Source: Amoeboaphelidium protococcarum X5 (Eukaryota; Fungi; Aphelidiomycota). From it: a stretch of DNA of 64,000 nucleotides. Each line of letters begins with the position of its first letter. Positions within the stretch are counted from its first letter, which is position 1. Positions 13,729-25,913 of this stretch are shown here, piece by piece. The stretch is from NCBI GenBank assembly GCA_023515725.1, contig JALDTO010000275.1, forward strand, positions 1 through 64,000, written 5' to 3'. Below the pieces are notes generated by a model. It had not been told where the DNA came from, made no database searches, and saw only the letters and a list, made by a program, of their open reading frames with translations. The translations under genes were made by a program, and so were the position numbers.

Positions 13729-13969
13729 CCGTTTTCTTTCCTTACCAACCGCTCTACCCATCCATCATCTTGTTGTTGTGGTTCTGGCTATAAATATTAC
13801 CTATATTCATTCATTGAAAACACTTCTATTAGGCCGACAAGATTTACTGTACGTTGTCCTATCTTAAAGCTGCTAAATATTGAGAGAGCTACCCATTTAG
13901 CATAACTGAAATCTGAATTTAAAGCCAATCTAGTAATTGAATTGAAAGTGTAAATACAAAGTTAAAAGA

Positions 13970-14299
13970 ATGTCTTCATCATCTAGACCGAATAATGACA
14001 AGACTGCACAGGTGCAGCAAGAAGTTGATGCCGTCGTTGGTATAATGCATGATAATATTCACAAAGTCATGGACAGAGGCGAGAAGCTGGACTCTTTGCA
14101 GACCAAGACTGATGATCTGTAGTAGGGTGCTCTGCAATTCAAGCGTGGTGCCAGCCGAGTCAGATAGCAAATGTGGTGGAAGAATATGAAGTTGAATGCT
14201 ATCATCTGTATTGTGGTGATTATCATCCTCTTAATCATTATTGTGCCTATAGTTACCACTGTGCAGAAGAATAATAACAACAACAACAATGGACAATGA
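13970..14299 (+). CDS. Synaptobrevin/VAMP R-SNARE (Snc1-like)
   Basis: [58 protein letters not shown] followed by a TM helix. Needs TAG=Gln and is absent from the ORF track. Confidence 0.96.
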
Positions 14300-14550
14300 T
14301 GATCATCGTTTATCCACCATATGAATCTTACTTAGGTGAAGTTGAATATAAATAATTTGAATTTTACACTTACCATTATTGAAACTTTACTTTATTTCAT
14401 TGTAATTAAGGCATACAACCACCTAAAGGCTTCGTCATTACCATACTAAAACCTTTTCACTTGGCGCCCCTGACTTGATCCGCTGTGACCGGCAGTGAAT
14501 GAGCAGCTTTCCTTGCCGTCCATCGACCGTCCGTCAGCACTTTCTAAGAA

Positions 14551-16284
14551 ATGGTTCAAGCAATGATGAATGTAAAAGTTATCGCGTCGTAGAGTGTAGC
14601 ATTACTATCTTGCGATAGATGTACATCTAATATTTTAGCAGAATTAGAAGCGAGTGATATTATTAATGGGAATCAGATTTAAATCTAGTGTCCTAGCTGC
14701 GGGTCTTCCATCAAGGCATCGCTGAGTTTACTGAGTCAATCAACGCGCAAAGGCGGGGACGATCAGCAGCTCAGAATCTATCACGCGACTTCCATTGAGT
14801 CACACCTCCCTACTAACACTCAATCATCGGGCGATAATCTCTATTCTTAGAATTATAATAATAATTAGAACGCTAATAATTATACGAAATCAACAGCAAA
14901 TATGACAGTATAGCCAGGTGAAAGTAACGGTAATTTGAATAGAAAGGACTATTACAAGATTCTGGGATTCCGCTCGCCACTGACTGGGGAGGCTACGATT
15001 GAAGAGCTGGAGCAGACTGTGAAGGCATCGGATATCAAAAAGTCTTACCACAAGCTAGCACTCAAGTATCATCCTGATAAAATGATTAACCCAACTGCGG
15101 GCGATGCTCAGTCTCAGGATGCCCAGGCTTCGTTCTTACTACAGCTGGGCAGTGTTGATGAGGTGTTCAAGATCATATGCGAGGCGTACTCTGTGCTGGG
15201 TGAGGAGAGCAAACGCGCCAACTATCATCGCATGGTCAAGGTTGGCGCTCTGGACGAGGTTGGCGATGGAGGAGATTCCGCTATGGCAAAGGCAATGTCT
15301 AATCCTGAAGAGTTCTTTCAATCTCTGTTTGGTGGTGAACGGTTTGTGGATGTGATTGGTGAGATTTAGTTGGCACGTGAGTTTGGCAATGCAATGTATG
15401 AATCTCAGTTAGAATAACAGTAGTAATAGGATGGCGCAACGGTCTAGGATAAAGCCAAGCTGAGAGAGAAGTAAAAGCAGATGGATGAAGAGCGTGAGAA
15501 GAGACATAAGGAGCGCGTCAAGAAACTGCAGTCCACATTGTTGTCTACGTTATCTTACTACGTTGATCATAATCTGCACAGTGTGTCGTCTCTGGATTAG
15601 ACCAACCAGTTGGAGATAAAGAACGCTGGCAGAGTCATTGAGGAAGAGTTTGCCAAAAGAGTTGCAGATCAGGCTGAGGAGTTGAAGTATGAATCGTACG
15701 GTGTGGAGATCTTGAATGCAGTCGGGTACATGTATGAGTTGAAGGGATCATAATACCTGGCGAAAGAGGATTCTTTTCTCGGTCTGGGTGGGCTCGCTGC
15801 GAACTTCAAAGAACGTGGACACTTTATTAGTAGTACATTCAGCACTATTAAGTCTGCTGTGTAGTTGCAGAGTACTTTGCAGAAGCTGTCTCTTGATGAG
15901 TAGTTGAGTAGTGAAGAGTAGTAGGCTTAATTGCAAGACGCACCTCTAGATGGCAAAGACCATAAGAAGAAACATGGTAAGAAGTAGCCGGTTAAGCTTA
16001 CACCTGAAGAGCGATAGAGATTGGAATTGCATGCTGCGGAGAAGGGTTTGGATGCTATCTGGCGTGGATGCAAGATGGAAATATAGTGCACTGTGCGCGA
16101 TGTTTGTGATGGTCTCCTCAATCCAAAAGATGTGTCAGCCAGCGGCAGCCTCACCAGTGTTTCTTCCCTGTCTGAACTGCCTCCAAATGCTCAAGTTAAA
16201 GAGCTGTTGAGAAGACGTGCGAAAGCTTTAGTTATCATTGGTAAAGTGTATCAATCCATCAAGAAGGATCCTGACATGGCTTGA
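14551..16284 (+). CDS. DnaJ protein of Djp1/Caj1 type (J domain + X domain) with N-terminal CxxC-CxxC extension
   Basis: DYYKILG...LALKYHPDK, PEEFFQSLFGGERFVDVIGEI, LKYESYGVEILNAVGYMY, RRRAKALVIIGKVY. Confidence 0.9.
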
Positions 16285-16345
16285 TCAGGTATCGTCCAAA
16301 GTCGTTGAACATGAAGTGAATAATAAAAACTTATCATCTATACCA

Positions 16346-16375
16346 TTTATCAGCGCTCATTTTATCAGCGCTCAT
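16346..16375. repeat. Perfect 15-bp tandem duplication spanning the stop codon of the Sec7 gene
   Basis: tttatcagcgctcat x2. Confidence 0.9.
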
Positions 16376-19300
16376 TCTTAATTACCTAACACTTGCAGCA
16401 CTTGGTCGCAAACCAGAATCTATTTCTCCAATCGAAGAAGCTCAATACGCGCCAGATCAAGTTTAACTTCAAGCTTGACAATATCTTTCGCTATCTTGTC
16501 TTTAGTGGGAATTGTACTTCGCATCATTACAACACTACTAATACTTCTCATTGACATGGCCATAGAGACGTGCGAGGCGCGACTCATTGCAGTTGTTGGA
16601 CGTTCGTCCCTGTAATGACAGACTACGGCAACATTCTACCCATTCCCAGATACCTTGTTATTCGCAAGGGCAGACTGTTAATTCAGAGTCGCTATTCTAC
16701 TACGTCTATTAGCAGTGCCTGGCTGATAGGATGGAGCAGAGATGTTGATATTGCTATTTCCAATTGCAGCAATGTTATCAAAAACTTCATCAATATCAAT
16801 ATCTTCGCACTTGCGCGATTATTTGGCCACCGACTGTAAAGTAGATAGATCAGACATTGCTTATAAAGACATTTCCATTTGATTTAGCTGTCTTGTCAAA
16901 ATGTCGATGCTCTTCTCCTATTGAGTTTTCAATTAATTATAGTTTGCACTCATAAAACTAGTCAAAACATTGTGCAACGCCATGGCAGATTTAAGTGAAT
17001 CTTCAGCGTTAACGCAAGAGATTGCACGCAATACGGATTCCACAAGTCTCTGCACTTTCTAATCTTCTTCATTTTGACTGAGGATTTACAGCCAAAAACC
17101 AGAATCCATTATTTGCGATTAAAACTTTACAGCAGCAGACACTCTCCGCTTTCCGTGAACGACATTGCCTTGAACAAATTCTCTAATCTTGTGCAGCAGC
17201 GATTCAAACGATCCGCGGCATTCATTTAGAAGGGATTGAGTATCTTTCAACACCGTTGAAGCCGCAGAAGACATGTTAATGATATACTCCATATGCCATA
17301 TATAGGAGTTGATAAACTTTCCAGTGACTACTTGCTTACTCTTGCTCATTTCCTAGGTGAATCTAGTGCCAAACATCACGCCTTGTAGAGACGATGCTGC
17401 AAACATAGTCTACAACTTGTCACGACTGTTCAAACTCAAAGCAGATTCGAGACTGTTGTTTAAAGTCGGGGTCACAGCAGTTACTCCGGACTGATCGGGT
17501 GTGACTAGAAGATAATGTTGAGTTTTATTGGCTGTCGCTTGTACACAAAACGTGAGAGCATTAGCAATCTTCTCGTATGACTGATCTATATAAGTACAGC
17601 AATTCTGCAAAGGAATCACCTGACTAGGAGCAGGTAATCTTGGCATCTTGCTTAATAAGTGCTTCAACAGCTTGCTTTTATCTTCAGCTTTTATTTGCAA
17701 AGAGTCTAGGGTAGATGGACAAAGACTGAAGCCGTATTCGCTGCACAACTTCTAGTATTCGACCAACCACTTATGAACTTCACCAATCTAGTTCTTGTCA
17801 AAAAACTTCAATTAAAACTACCTACTACCAGCAGTTATTAGGACCAATCCGGCTTACCAACTCCTATCACGCGGCTTGGTAACCTCTGTACCAACAATTT
17901 CATACTGCAACTTTTTCATCGCTGGCCCACTGAACAAAATCAGTTCATACTAATCACTAACTATCTCATGGTATTGTAGTAGACTAGTCAGATAATCAGG
18001 CTATCTTATCATATCCAGTAAGAGATGCTGACTGTCCAGCAGTTCAACTTTAGACTTAAATTAGCAATCAGGCAAAGTTCTACGCTCTTCTACAGGATTT
18101 AACTACTAGCTTTTCAACATTAAAGCGAGATTAAACCACGGCTTAGATTATAAAGAGTCTGCAAGTTTATAAAGCGCGCTTATATCAGATTTAGCCAATG
18201 AGAACTCTGGATAATATGAACCACTGTAATCCGGCGTATTCAAAAGAGGAGCATAAACTTTATTGCTACCATCTGGCTTCTTCCATATTTGATCACCGCT
18301 GGTACTTACCTCTGACTAAGCATCTTCAAGTAATCTTTAAATATCGTTAGCCACTAAACCAGTTCCCAATTTCACAGCTTTCCTATTACTCTATTCAGTG
18401 GCGGATGCAGATTGAAGGCCGGGCTTACCTCTCAGATGAGTATTTAATTTGAATCCATAAGTAGTGAGATGATCAGCCAAGTTCTAGTTCATCACGTAGA
18501 CATTCTCCCACATACCATAGCATCTCTAAATAGCATCTTGATTGAATACGGAACGTTTCATAATGTGCTACAGAGGAGCAGCCTAATATAAAGTGTGGGC
18601 ATCAAATAGCGATTGAAATCCAGCTGCAGCTTTTACGTCAACCATATCGTCATTACAATATGCAACTTGGGGCCATTTGGTATTCACGTGATCAACATCG
18701 GTCCTCTGCATGTAATTGAGAAAAGACATTGGATCATCACCGTTAATTAACGGACCGGACTAAATGGAACATGTCTTAAGCTCTGACTGCACAAGTTTGA
18801 TAAAACTCTCATCAAAATAGTCTTCCAACTTGCACCCACGATACCCATTCACTGCAAACTAATCTTGCAAGTATATCCAAATGCTCTGCTTCTCAATAGC
18901 ACTCTTACCCATCATTCTCTTGGCAGCAGCATTATGAAACAGGGTATGACAATGCATCACAGAATAGAACAAGTACTGAGTTAATTTTAAATCACCAAAT
19001 GTATTCGGATTCTAACGTTGATACTCTTCAGCCAACACATCAAGTACGCGCTCCTTCTCTCTCTGCTCGTCGGGCATCTGAATTTAGTTTAGCATAATCC
19101 GCATCACTGTAACAATGGGTAAGTTGCGCAAGTCTACAGATTAGAACACGGCATGACACAAAGAGTTCCAGAAAGGATGGTCTCTGCCAATTACGCCAGC
19201 CAAATTTGATTTCTTTAGCGAAAACTTCATTCTCTGAAAATAGAAGCTAGCACTCTCTCCGACATTTGGTGGTGTTTGAGGATGATTAGTAGACTGTTTT

Positions 19301-19599
19301 TTAATCGCCTTCTCTACCAATTTCACTTCAGTCTCAGTTGCCACAATATCATCACTTATTCTTTATATTGCGATCGGAGCGGTAGATATTTCAGAAGCAG
19401 AACCGACACTAGACTTTTAAGTTTGATCAGTATCAGTTGTTACGATATGCAGTAGCTCTTCTCGGTTCTGTAGATCTTGGGTAACCAGAACAGAGTTGAC
19501 GGATTTTCGTTACTTCTCCAAAAAACTGTAGTCAACCTGCAAACTATCGCTACTTGGCTGTTAAATACAAAAACTCTTTAACTTTTACTCTAAAGACAT
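16372..19599 (-). CDS. Divergent Sec7-domain ARF-GEF-like protein with PH-like domain (Syt1/EFA6-like architecture)
   Basis: ORF of about 1075 aa. MRIMLNQIQMPDEQREKERVLDVLAEEYQRQNPNTF...YSVMHCHTLFHN resembles Sec7 LR.FL..F.LPGEAQKIDR.ME.FA.RY...NP..F...MLNTDLHN. Later SGPAMKK...KPRDRSWQAGLVLITAG...LKFFD looks like a PH N-terminus. Confidence 0.7.
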
Positions 19600-20263
19600 T
19601 ATAACTTTATATTTATATTCTCGTTTATTATCAGTGAGATGATGTGAATGGTTAATCAATTTGGGCGCTTTAAAACAAGTTGTCTGAAGCGATCAATCTA
19701 TCCATCTCCATGGCAACGGCCGCACTGATCGTTTCTACTCTCCCTTTGTCTGGTGCGGAACACGCGAATATCTGTCTTCTAGCTATTATTTACTGCAAGG
19801 AAATACAACGCATGCTTTGCTTTTAGTTGATATCAGAAATGAAAGCAATAAGCTGAGGAATCTTGTTCACAAGTGGTGGAAGAAAAGACTTTCATTGAGA
19901 TGGATGGGGAATATTAATCTGCATGTGGAGATTCGGTCAGCTTTGTTCGGGCTCCAGAGACGGCTATGGGACGATATGCAACTAATGCCCATGCTCATGT
20001 TGAATGCGAGACGTTGGACGGTCAAGAAGTATTGTATTTTAAATATTTCTCATTGGCAGAGAACTGATGCGGCTGCGCCATGATCGGTGTAGTATTTTAC
20101 CGTCAACATGTACATTGAAAGTAGAAGATGGCCCTTTATATGTAGTGCATCGTTCAAAATATATACGGGTACATTTTCGCATTTGTTATATATGTATTTT
20201 GAGGGTTATTTACTTGTAAACAAAATTATGACTTGATTTAAGTAGATTTCAGCCTTGCAGTCT

Positions 20264-21871
20264 ATGATAAGTTTAGCAAAGTGTCGCTTACCAAAGGAGT
20301 ACTACAATTTGAGTTTTCGCTCTTTTGGAAATTTCTATGAATCTGATGCCACAATAACAATGACAAACTGTGATAGTCTCGATATGCTAGCAGATTATTT
20401 GAATAAACCAGCGAAAGATGCGAATAGCACAATTGATGCTTCTGATTAAAAATATTTACGCGTCATTTATCATGATAAGAGTTAGTGTGGATTGATCAAT
20501 GTCGAGTCAATCTTTAAAGATACCTTTGCCATTCAACTGCGGTAAGCTTTATAGTACTTGGAATGGTAGGAGAGGAGTAATGATCTATATCACTTTTATT
20601 AATCGACAGATTTTAAGCATTTGGATAGGAGCGATCCTAATTTATAACCTCTATGTCAGTTGCATAGCTTGATCAAGTGCAACACTAAAGAGTTTGTGAA
20701 GTTTTTATTGGATTTAAATGGTATTAGCGGAGATAGTAGCGATGACACATACAGTTTTAAGTACGATACTTTGATAGAAGGCAAATTTGATATGGCTGCT
20801 CAGAGATATGATCCCGGTAATTATCTACTCTGCCACGATGATGATATTGCAGAGAGTGATGGTACTGTGAGAAAGTTGGCGTTTGTGATATACCTGGTGT
20901 CGGATGATTATGCTCCGGATGGTGACGCTACAGGAGAGAGTTGTAATGGTAAGCTCAAGTTTTATGGCAATAGAGTCGATCAAGTCAGTTAGAGATTAGT
21001 CCCTGTGGATGTTGTTCAATCTGTGGTGTATCCGCGCTTTAATTCCATTGTAATGTTTGAAGTTGGTAGGAGTAGCTTTCATTGTGTTGATACCATGCCT
21101 TCTACTCCGGATACGCGTTCAAGATATTCAATTTCTGGTTGGTTCTACGCGTCATAGACTGCCGATTAACCTTAGATGACTGCAACTGGTATATTTAGTA
21201 ATGACAGTAGCTAGAAATTGATATCGCCAGCTTATTGCAATGACAAGTTGTAGATTTAGATTTAGGACAAGTTTATGAACGAGTCTGTAGTGTAACTGAA
21301 CGAGTTCTTTAGCGCTGATGCTATGAAGGTTTTATATGAGTAGATACATAAAGCTGCTCTGTATAAGCCAATTACTTTGGATGTTAGTAGATCAAAGTAT
21401 CACTTGTTCGATCCACAATCAGCCGCTGGTTAATCTGTAAAATCGATTGAGTAGTATTTTAAGGATGATAGTTTTATTGAAACTCTGTAGAAGCTTTCGG
21501 GCTTGTAGATTCTTAAAGACACTGTTAATGTGGAATATAAAGTGTTCTGCATTGAAAACTATTAAATGATTGATAGTAGTAAAATGTCAACTGGGGACTG
21601 TCTCGATCTATACTATTTTGTGGATTGCTCTGACAATGAACATCTTTCAGGTGATAGCGAAAACGCTTCTTCCGATAATACAAGCTGTACAGTGGTTTAT
21701 GTTAGTGGAGAACAAACGTTAGTTCAGTTGTGCCCTCCTAGTAATACGTTAGTTCTTGTGTACAATACGGGTGTCGAGTAGGACTTTGTGAGGCTGATAA
21801 AGAATAAGTCATCCGCCGTTGTATTTAAAGCCACTTATGTGTTGTAAGAAGATGACGACGACGAAGAATGA
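20264..21871 (+). CDS. TPA1: Prolyl 3-hydroxylase OGFOD1/Tpa1 (2OG-Fe(II) oxygenase); start may be ATG 20360
   Basis: ERSNDLYHFYQS, YLLCHDD, RKLAFVIYLV, SFHCV, RYSISGWF, plus a second degenerate oxygenase domain. Confidence 0.88.
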
Positions 21872-21920
21872 TATCTAGTATATAAATGCTAAACGAATCC
21901 ATAAAAGAGATATAATTTAT

Positions 21921-23651
21921 TCACATCACTTGGTATTTATGCTTCCATATCCATCGCATGTACGCGTCAGGAACTTGGTATCCAAGGGAGAAAGCTTTTC
22001 TAAAATACTTGGCCGCCATCACCTTGTCCCTCTTGACATCATTCGGAATTAGATTCTTCATAGACTTATCATGCAGATATCCTTGGGCTAATGTAAAGCA
22101 ATATGAGGCCTTAGGCATGGTGGAGTGATCAGCTATACATTCCAAGTAATCCCAGTGGATAGACTTGAGACCATCAGGTAGTCCCGCGGCATCTCTATGA
22201 ATCAGTAGTTGAAGATCGCTTTCATTAAGCAGATTCTCATTCTGCAATTCGACCATAGAGCGGTACCAATACTCTAGTGAGATGAGACTGAGAATGTCGT
22301 CATTAAGAGCAAGTCGGCGGATATCATTTTCCCATAGCATCCAACTTTAGTACTACTTTAGCGACACCACAAGAAACTAGGCCAAATCATAAGATCCGCA
22401 TATACTACAAGCAATCTCTACAAGCAAAAGCGCAATCTAGTTTGAAGATTTAACACTGCTCCGTTACCCAGAAATGGAAGACTCGACGTATTCTTGCAAA
22501 AACACAGAGTCAGCCTTTCTATGATTCATGAACTCTTCAGATATCTACTAGGTGATGTCCTTGATATTGAATGTATGATAGTATAGCGATTTGGGATCTC
22601 CAAGAACTGATTACAGAGATGAGCCAGTCTCTAACATGATCAACGCCTTTAGGATTAGTGATCGAGCAACTGGCAGTTTGTGTTGCCTTTAGATCGAAGC
22701 AATAGGCGATGACTGTTTAGCATTATCCATTTAAATGCTATTTCTGCTTGATCCCATCACACCGTACGCCACTACATTATCGGATACTTATGCGACGGGC
22801 AGATCACTCACTCCACTTAAATTAAACTGACGCGAGTCTAGCGACAAGGTTCGCGTCTTACCGCGTCCGTCTACCGATGGATTAGTTACGCTGAATATCG
22901 ACTCCACCACAGACCATCTTCTTTCCCTATTGACAGACAACGTACGCGTCAACTCTTTCTTTTAAGAATGATTGAGGCTGCTATCGCCATTAGAAAGCGT
23001 AAAAGAGTGACTGTGATGACGACGATGACCAGACTGCTTCTTTATGGAATTACTTCTTTTCAGCGACAATGAACTCCCAGCACTGTTCAAGCTGTCATCG
23101 GCAGTAGTATCAACAAGACCGAGTACCTGAGAAAGTTTTCGCCTGGACCTGACATCAATATTATCATTGGTAGATATCAAGCTTTAATCTGCCTTACCAG
23201 TGTTATACGGTGAGGATGACTAAACATCTTTAGACACGCTCTACTGCCTCCAGAGATTTCTAAACTGCTGAGTAATAGTTGTGGACTATCTCGCCCGAAT
23301 CTTTCCCTGCGGACAATCCTCTTCATGCGGCTGCGACAAGAGCGACATGAAACTTGATTTTCTCTACTTACGGGCGTCCTTCTTCATATGGGCAAAATAA
23401 TCATTTCGCAGGTGCTCAAGTGCCAGGGAGACGACTTGGCTCAGAGGGAGAGTGAAATTCTGCCATTCTTCATTCAGATTGATCTTATAAGGAATCTTAT
23501 TCTTCTGTGAGCCGCCTCCGTTGTCTTCACCGCTATCAGCAGTTGTGTAAAATGTGGTTGATTTACTATGATTTATTTTCCGTATAGGCTGCCCATTCGC
23601 GCCCATAAATTACTCTCCATCCTCCAAAATTGTGTCAATGTACGTCATCAT
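21921..23651 (-). CDS. Dsf2/Nif1-like protein with C-terminal Sel1-like repeat
   Basis: Joins track ORFs 23364, 22962 and 21921 in one frame. C-terminus VKRDKVMAAKYFRKAFSLG...WIWKHKY matches the fungal Dsf2/Nif1 terminal motif. Confidence 0.6.
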
Positions 23652-24064
23652 ATATACACACTATATAATTCTTTTATAAATTTAAATTAATAGACACGAA
23701 AAATATTATAAATGGATAATGAATGTGAGAGACAATTGAAGAATCAACAACGAAATTCACACGACGCATCATCCCTTGTTTTTGGTGTTCCTTTGGTGTT
23801 AAAGTTCGCAATGTTACATGCCACTCGATCACACGACTTTGCACATGACGAATCAACGATAAGCCTGCTTGTAGTAAAGAATTTCTTGTTACAGTAAAGC
23901 CCAAGTGTAGTCTTTAATTTTGAATTCGTTTAAATGCGGATATAATATTGTATATTAAAGGATAACGATTTTGGATCTATTGATCGCAAGCTTTAGGTAA
24001 CACAAAAGTCGACAAGTATCAATGAAAAGCCAATTCATTCAATAAAAGATACAATTTCTCACTC

Positions 24065-25544
24065 TCAATTCATTAGCTCCCTTAGCCTGGAGCCAACTTC
24101 GTTTATATGAGGCCTATCGGTCGCATCGGCAGCCCACATCTCCTAGATAAGCGAGGCCAATTTAGGTGGACACTTTCTGTGAGTGGGAAGACTTGGTCGA
24201 AAGTTCTACTTGCCCACGCGCTCATATATCTAAAAGTCAGACATTTCATTAAACGGGTAATCCTGTGCCCAAGTCATAATTTCCCAGAAAATGAGGCCAC
24301 AGCTGTACACATCAACCTTCTCATCGTATTGAGGATCATTCTACCACATCTCCGGTGCCTGCCAGTTGATAGTCCCTACTACACTATGCATCAACAAACC
24401 ACGCATATTCTTACCATTGCCATACAAAATCTTGGCAAGTCCGAAATCTGCAATCTTGGCACGGTGGTTAGAGTCAATCAAAATGTTTATAGATTTGAGA
24501 TCGCGATGGATCACCACTGGTCTTCTTCCGTGTAGATAACTCAAACCGAATGCAATATCATACATCAGCTAAAGCTACCTCTGCAACGCCTCTCCTTGAT
24601 TATGCGGAAGTTTCTGAGATCTCATATAGTCAGACAAGTCTCCATACTCACAAAATTCGGTCACTACGCACAGCTTAGAATAAGGCAAAGCAGGTGATTA
24701 TTATTTATGACCGCTACGTGGTGTCTACATGATTTTACTGATCCCAATTAGCCGGACGATATTATCATGTCGCAACTGCTGTAGTAACTACGCCTCTCGT
24801 TCAATCTCTTCAAGGTCGGCATTCTTCAACACTTCAACATTGATAATACCAACAGCTACATCTTCACCATTTAATACGCCTCTGTAGACATCTTTATAGC
24901 CACCTTTAGCCAGGTGATTACCCATTTAGATGGCTTCAAAGGGTATTTCGCCATTTTCATTCAGCTAAACCGGAGAATTGAATCGACTGCTTGTCGACGC
25001 GTCCGCATCAAATACCAGATGACCTGGAGACGAGGACTGTGACTTTTTCTAAGAGCCAGTCGAATCGGAGGCTGCTTAATACGGTGTCTGAGGTCTCGAG
25101 GCTTGAGGAGATAGAAATGAAATCAGAGTGAGATCAGGAATTGATCCAATGTACTGCAAAGCTTCTGGCGGTAAAGCAAACTTGCGCCAGTTGAGAAGAG
25201 CCTCTACCAAGTCACCTTTCTTGCAATTACCACTGTTTAATCCTCGAGTCTCACACATAGTAACCAGCCTAGCTTTGGTCATTCTCCCGAGCGTCTGAGC
25301 ATCCTCTTTATCCAGATACCAGTCATTCAATTTAGTTGCAGGTGATATCGCCGCAGCTTACGATGATGATGATGATGTAGCTTATTGAACATGCCTCCTC
25401 AGTTGTTTCAAACGCGTCGGAGTCGTTTGAATCTAAACGTGTAATTTGCCTTTATAGTTTTATCGTCTAGTCTTCTACACACACACACACGGATATATAA
25501 ATGATATCTTGAATCATATTACTACTGTAATTTGCACTTACCAT
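24065..25544 (-). CDS. Tyrosine-kinase-like (TKL) protein kinase with N-terminal SAP/HeH-like motif; exons 25544-25542 (ATG) and 25474-24065
   Basis: [69 protein letters not shown]-like [18 protein letters not shown]...[10 protein letters not shown]. Confidence 0.9.
25475..25541 (-). other. 67-nt GT-AG spliceosomal intron immediately after the kinase start codon
   Basis: Minus strand reads ATG|gtaagt...gtgtgtgtgtgtgtag|AAG ACT AGA. Splicing puts the ATG in frame with the kinase ORF, which is otherwise closed upstream by an in-frame TGA. Confidence 0.8.
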
Positions 25545-25913
25545 TTATCGCAAGGTGTATTTAGAATTATAAGAAAAGTTGTCTAAAGAGAATGAACTAA
25601 ATGAAGGATGTGTTTGATTTGAACGAAATTGTATTTTTAGCCTCAATCCAATTGGATTTCTCAATGAAACGGTAACTTTCAATCATGTATGATGACAAAT
25701 ATGTAGTCAAAAGTTATGGAATTGAGGCGATTTTGTTGAATAACAATTTAAAGTTATTTAAACGCGTTAATAAACTCTATAACTAGTTTGAAATATAGCC
25801 AATAGTTCATCACGAATCTCGTTTGTATTCTCGTCCTCTCATGCTTCTCCCTTCACATTTCTTGCCACCTTCTTAGAACTTTAAAGCAATAATCATCTTC
25901 AATAGTCATAATA

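Noticed and set aside
19700-20090. Short ORFs between the Sec7 and TPA1 genes
   Set aside because: No convincing start or motif; likely divergent promoter or relic sequence.
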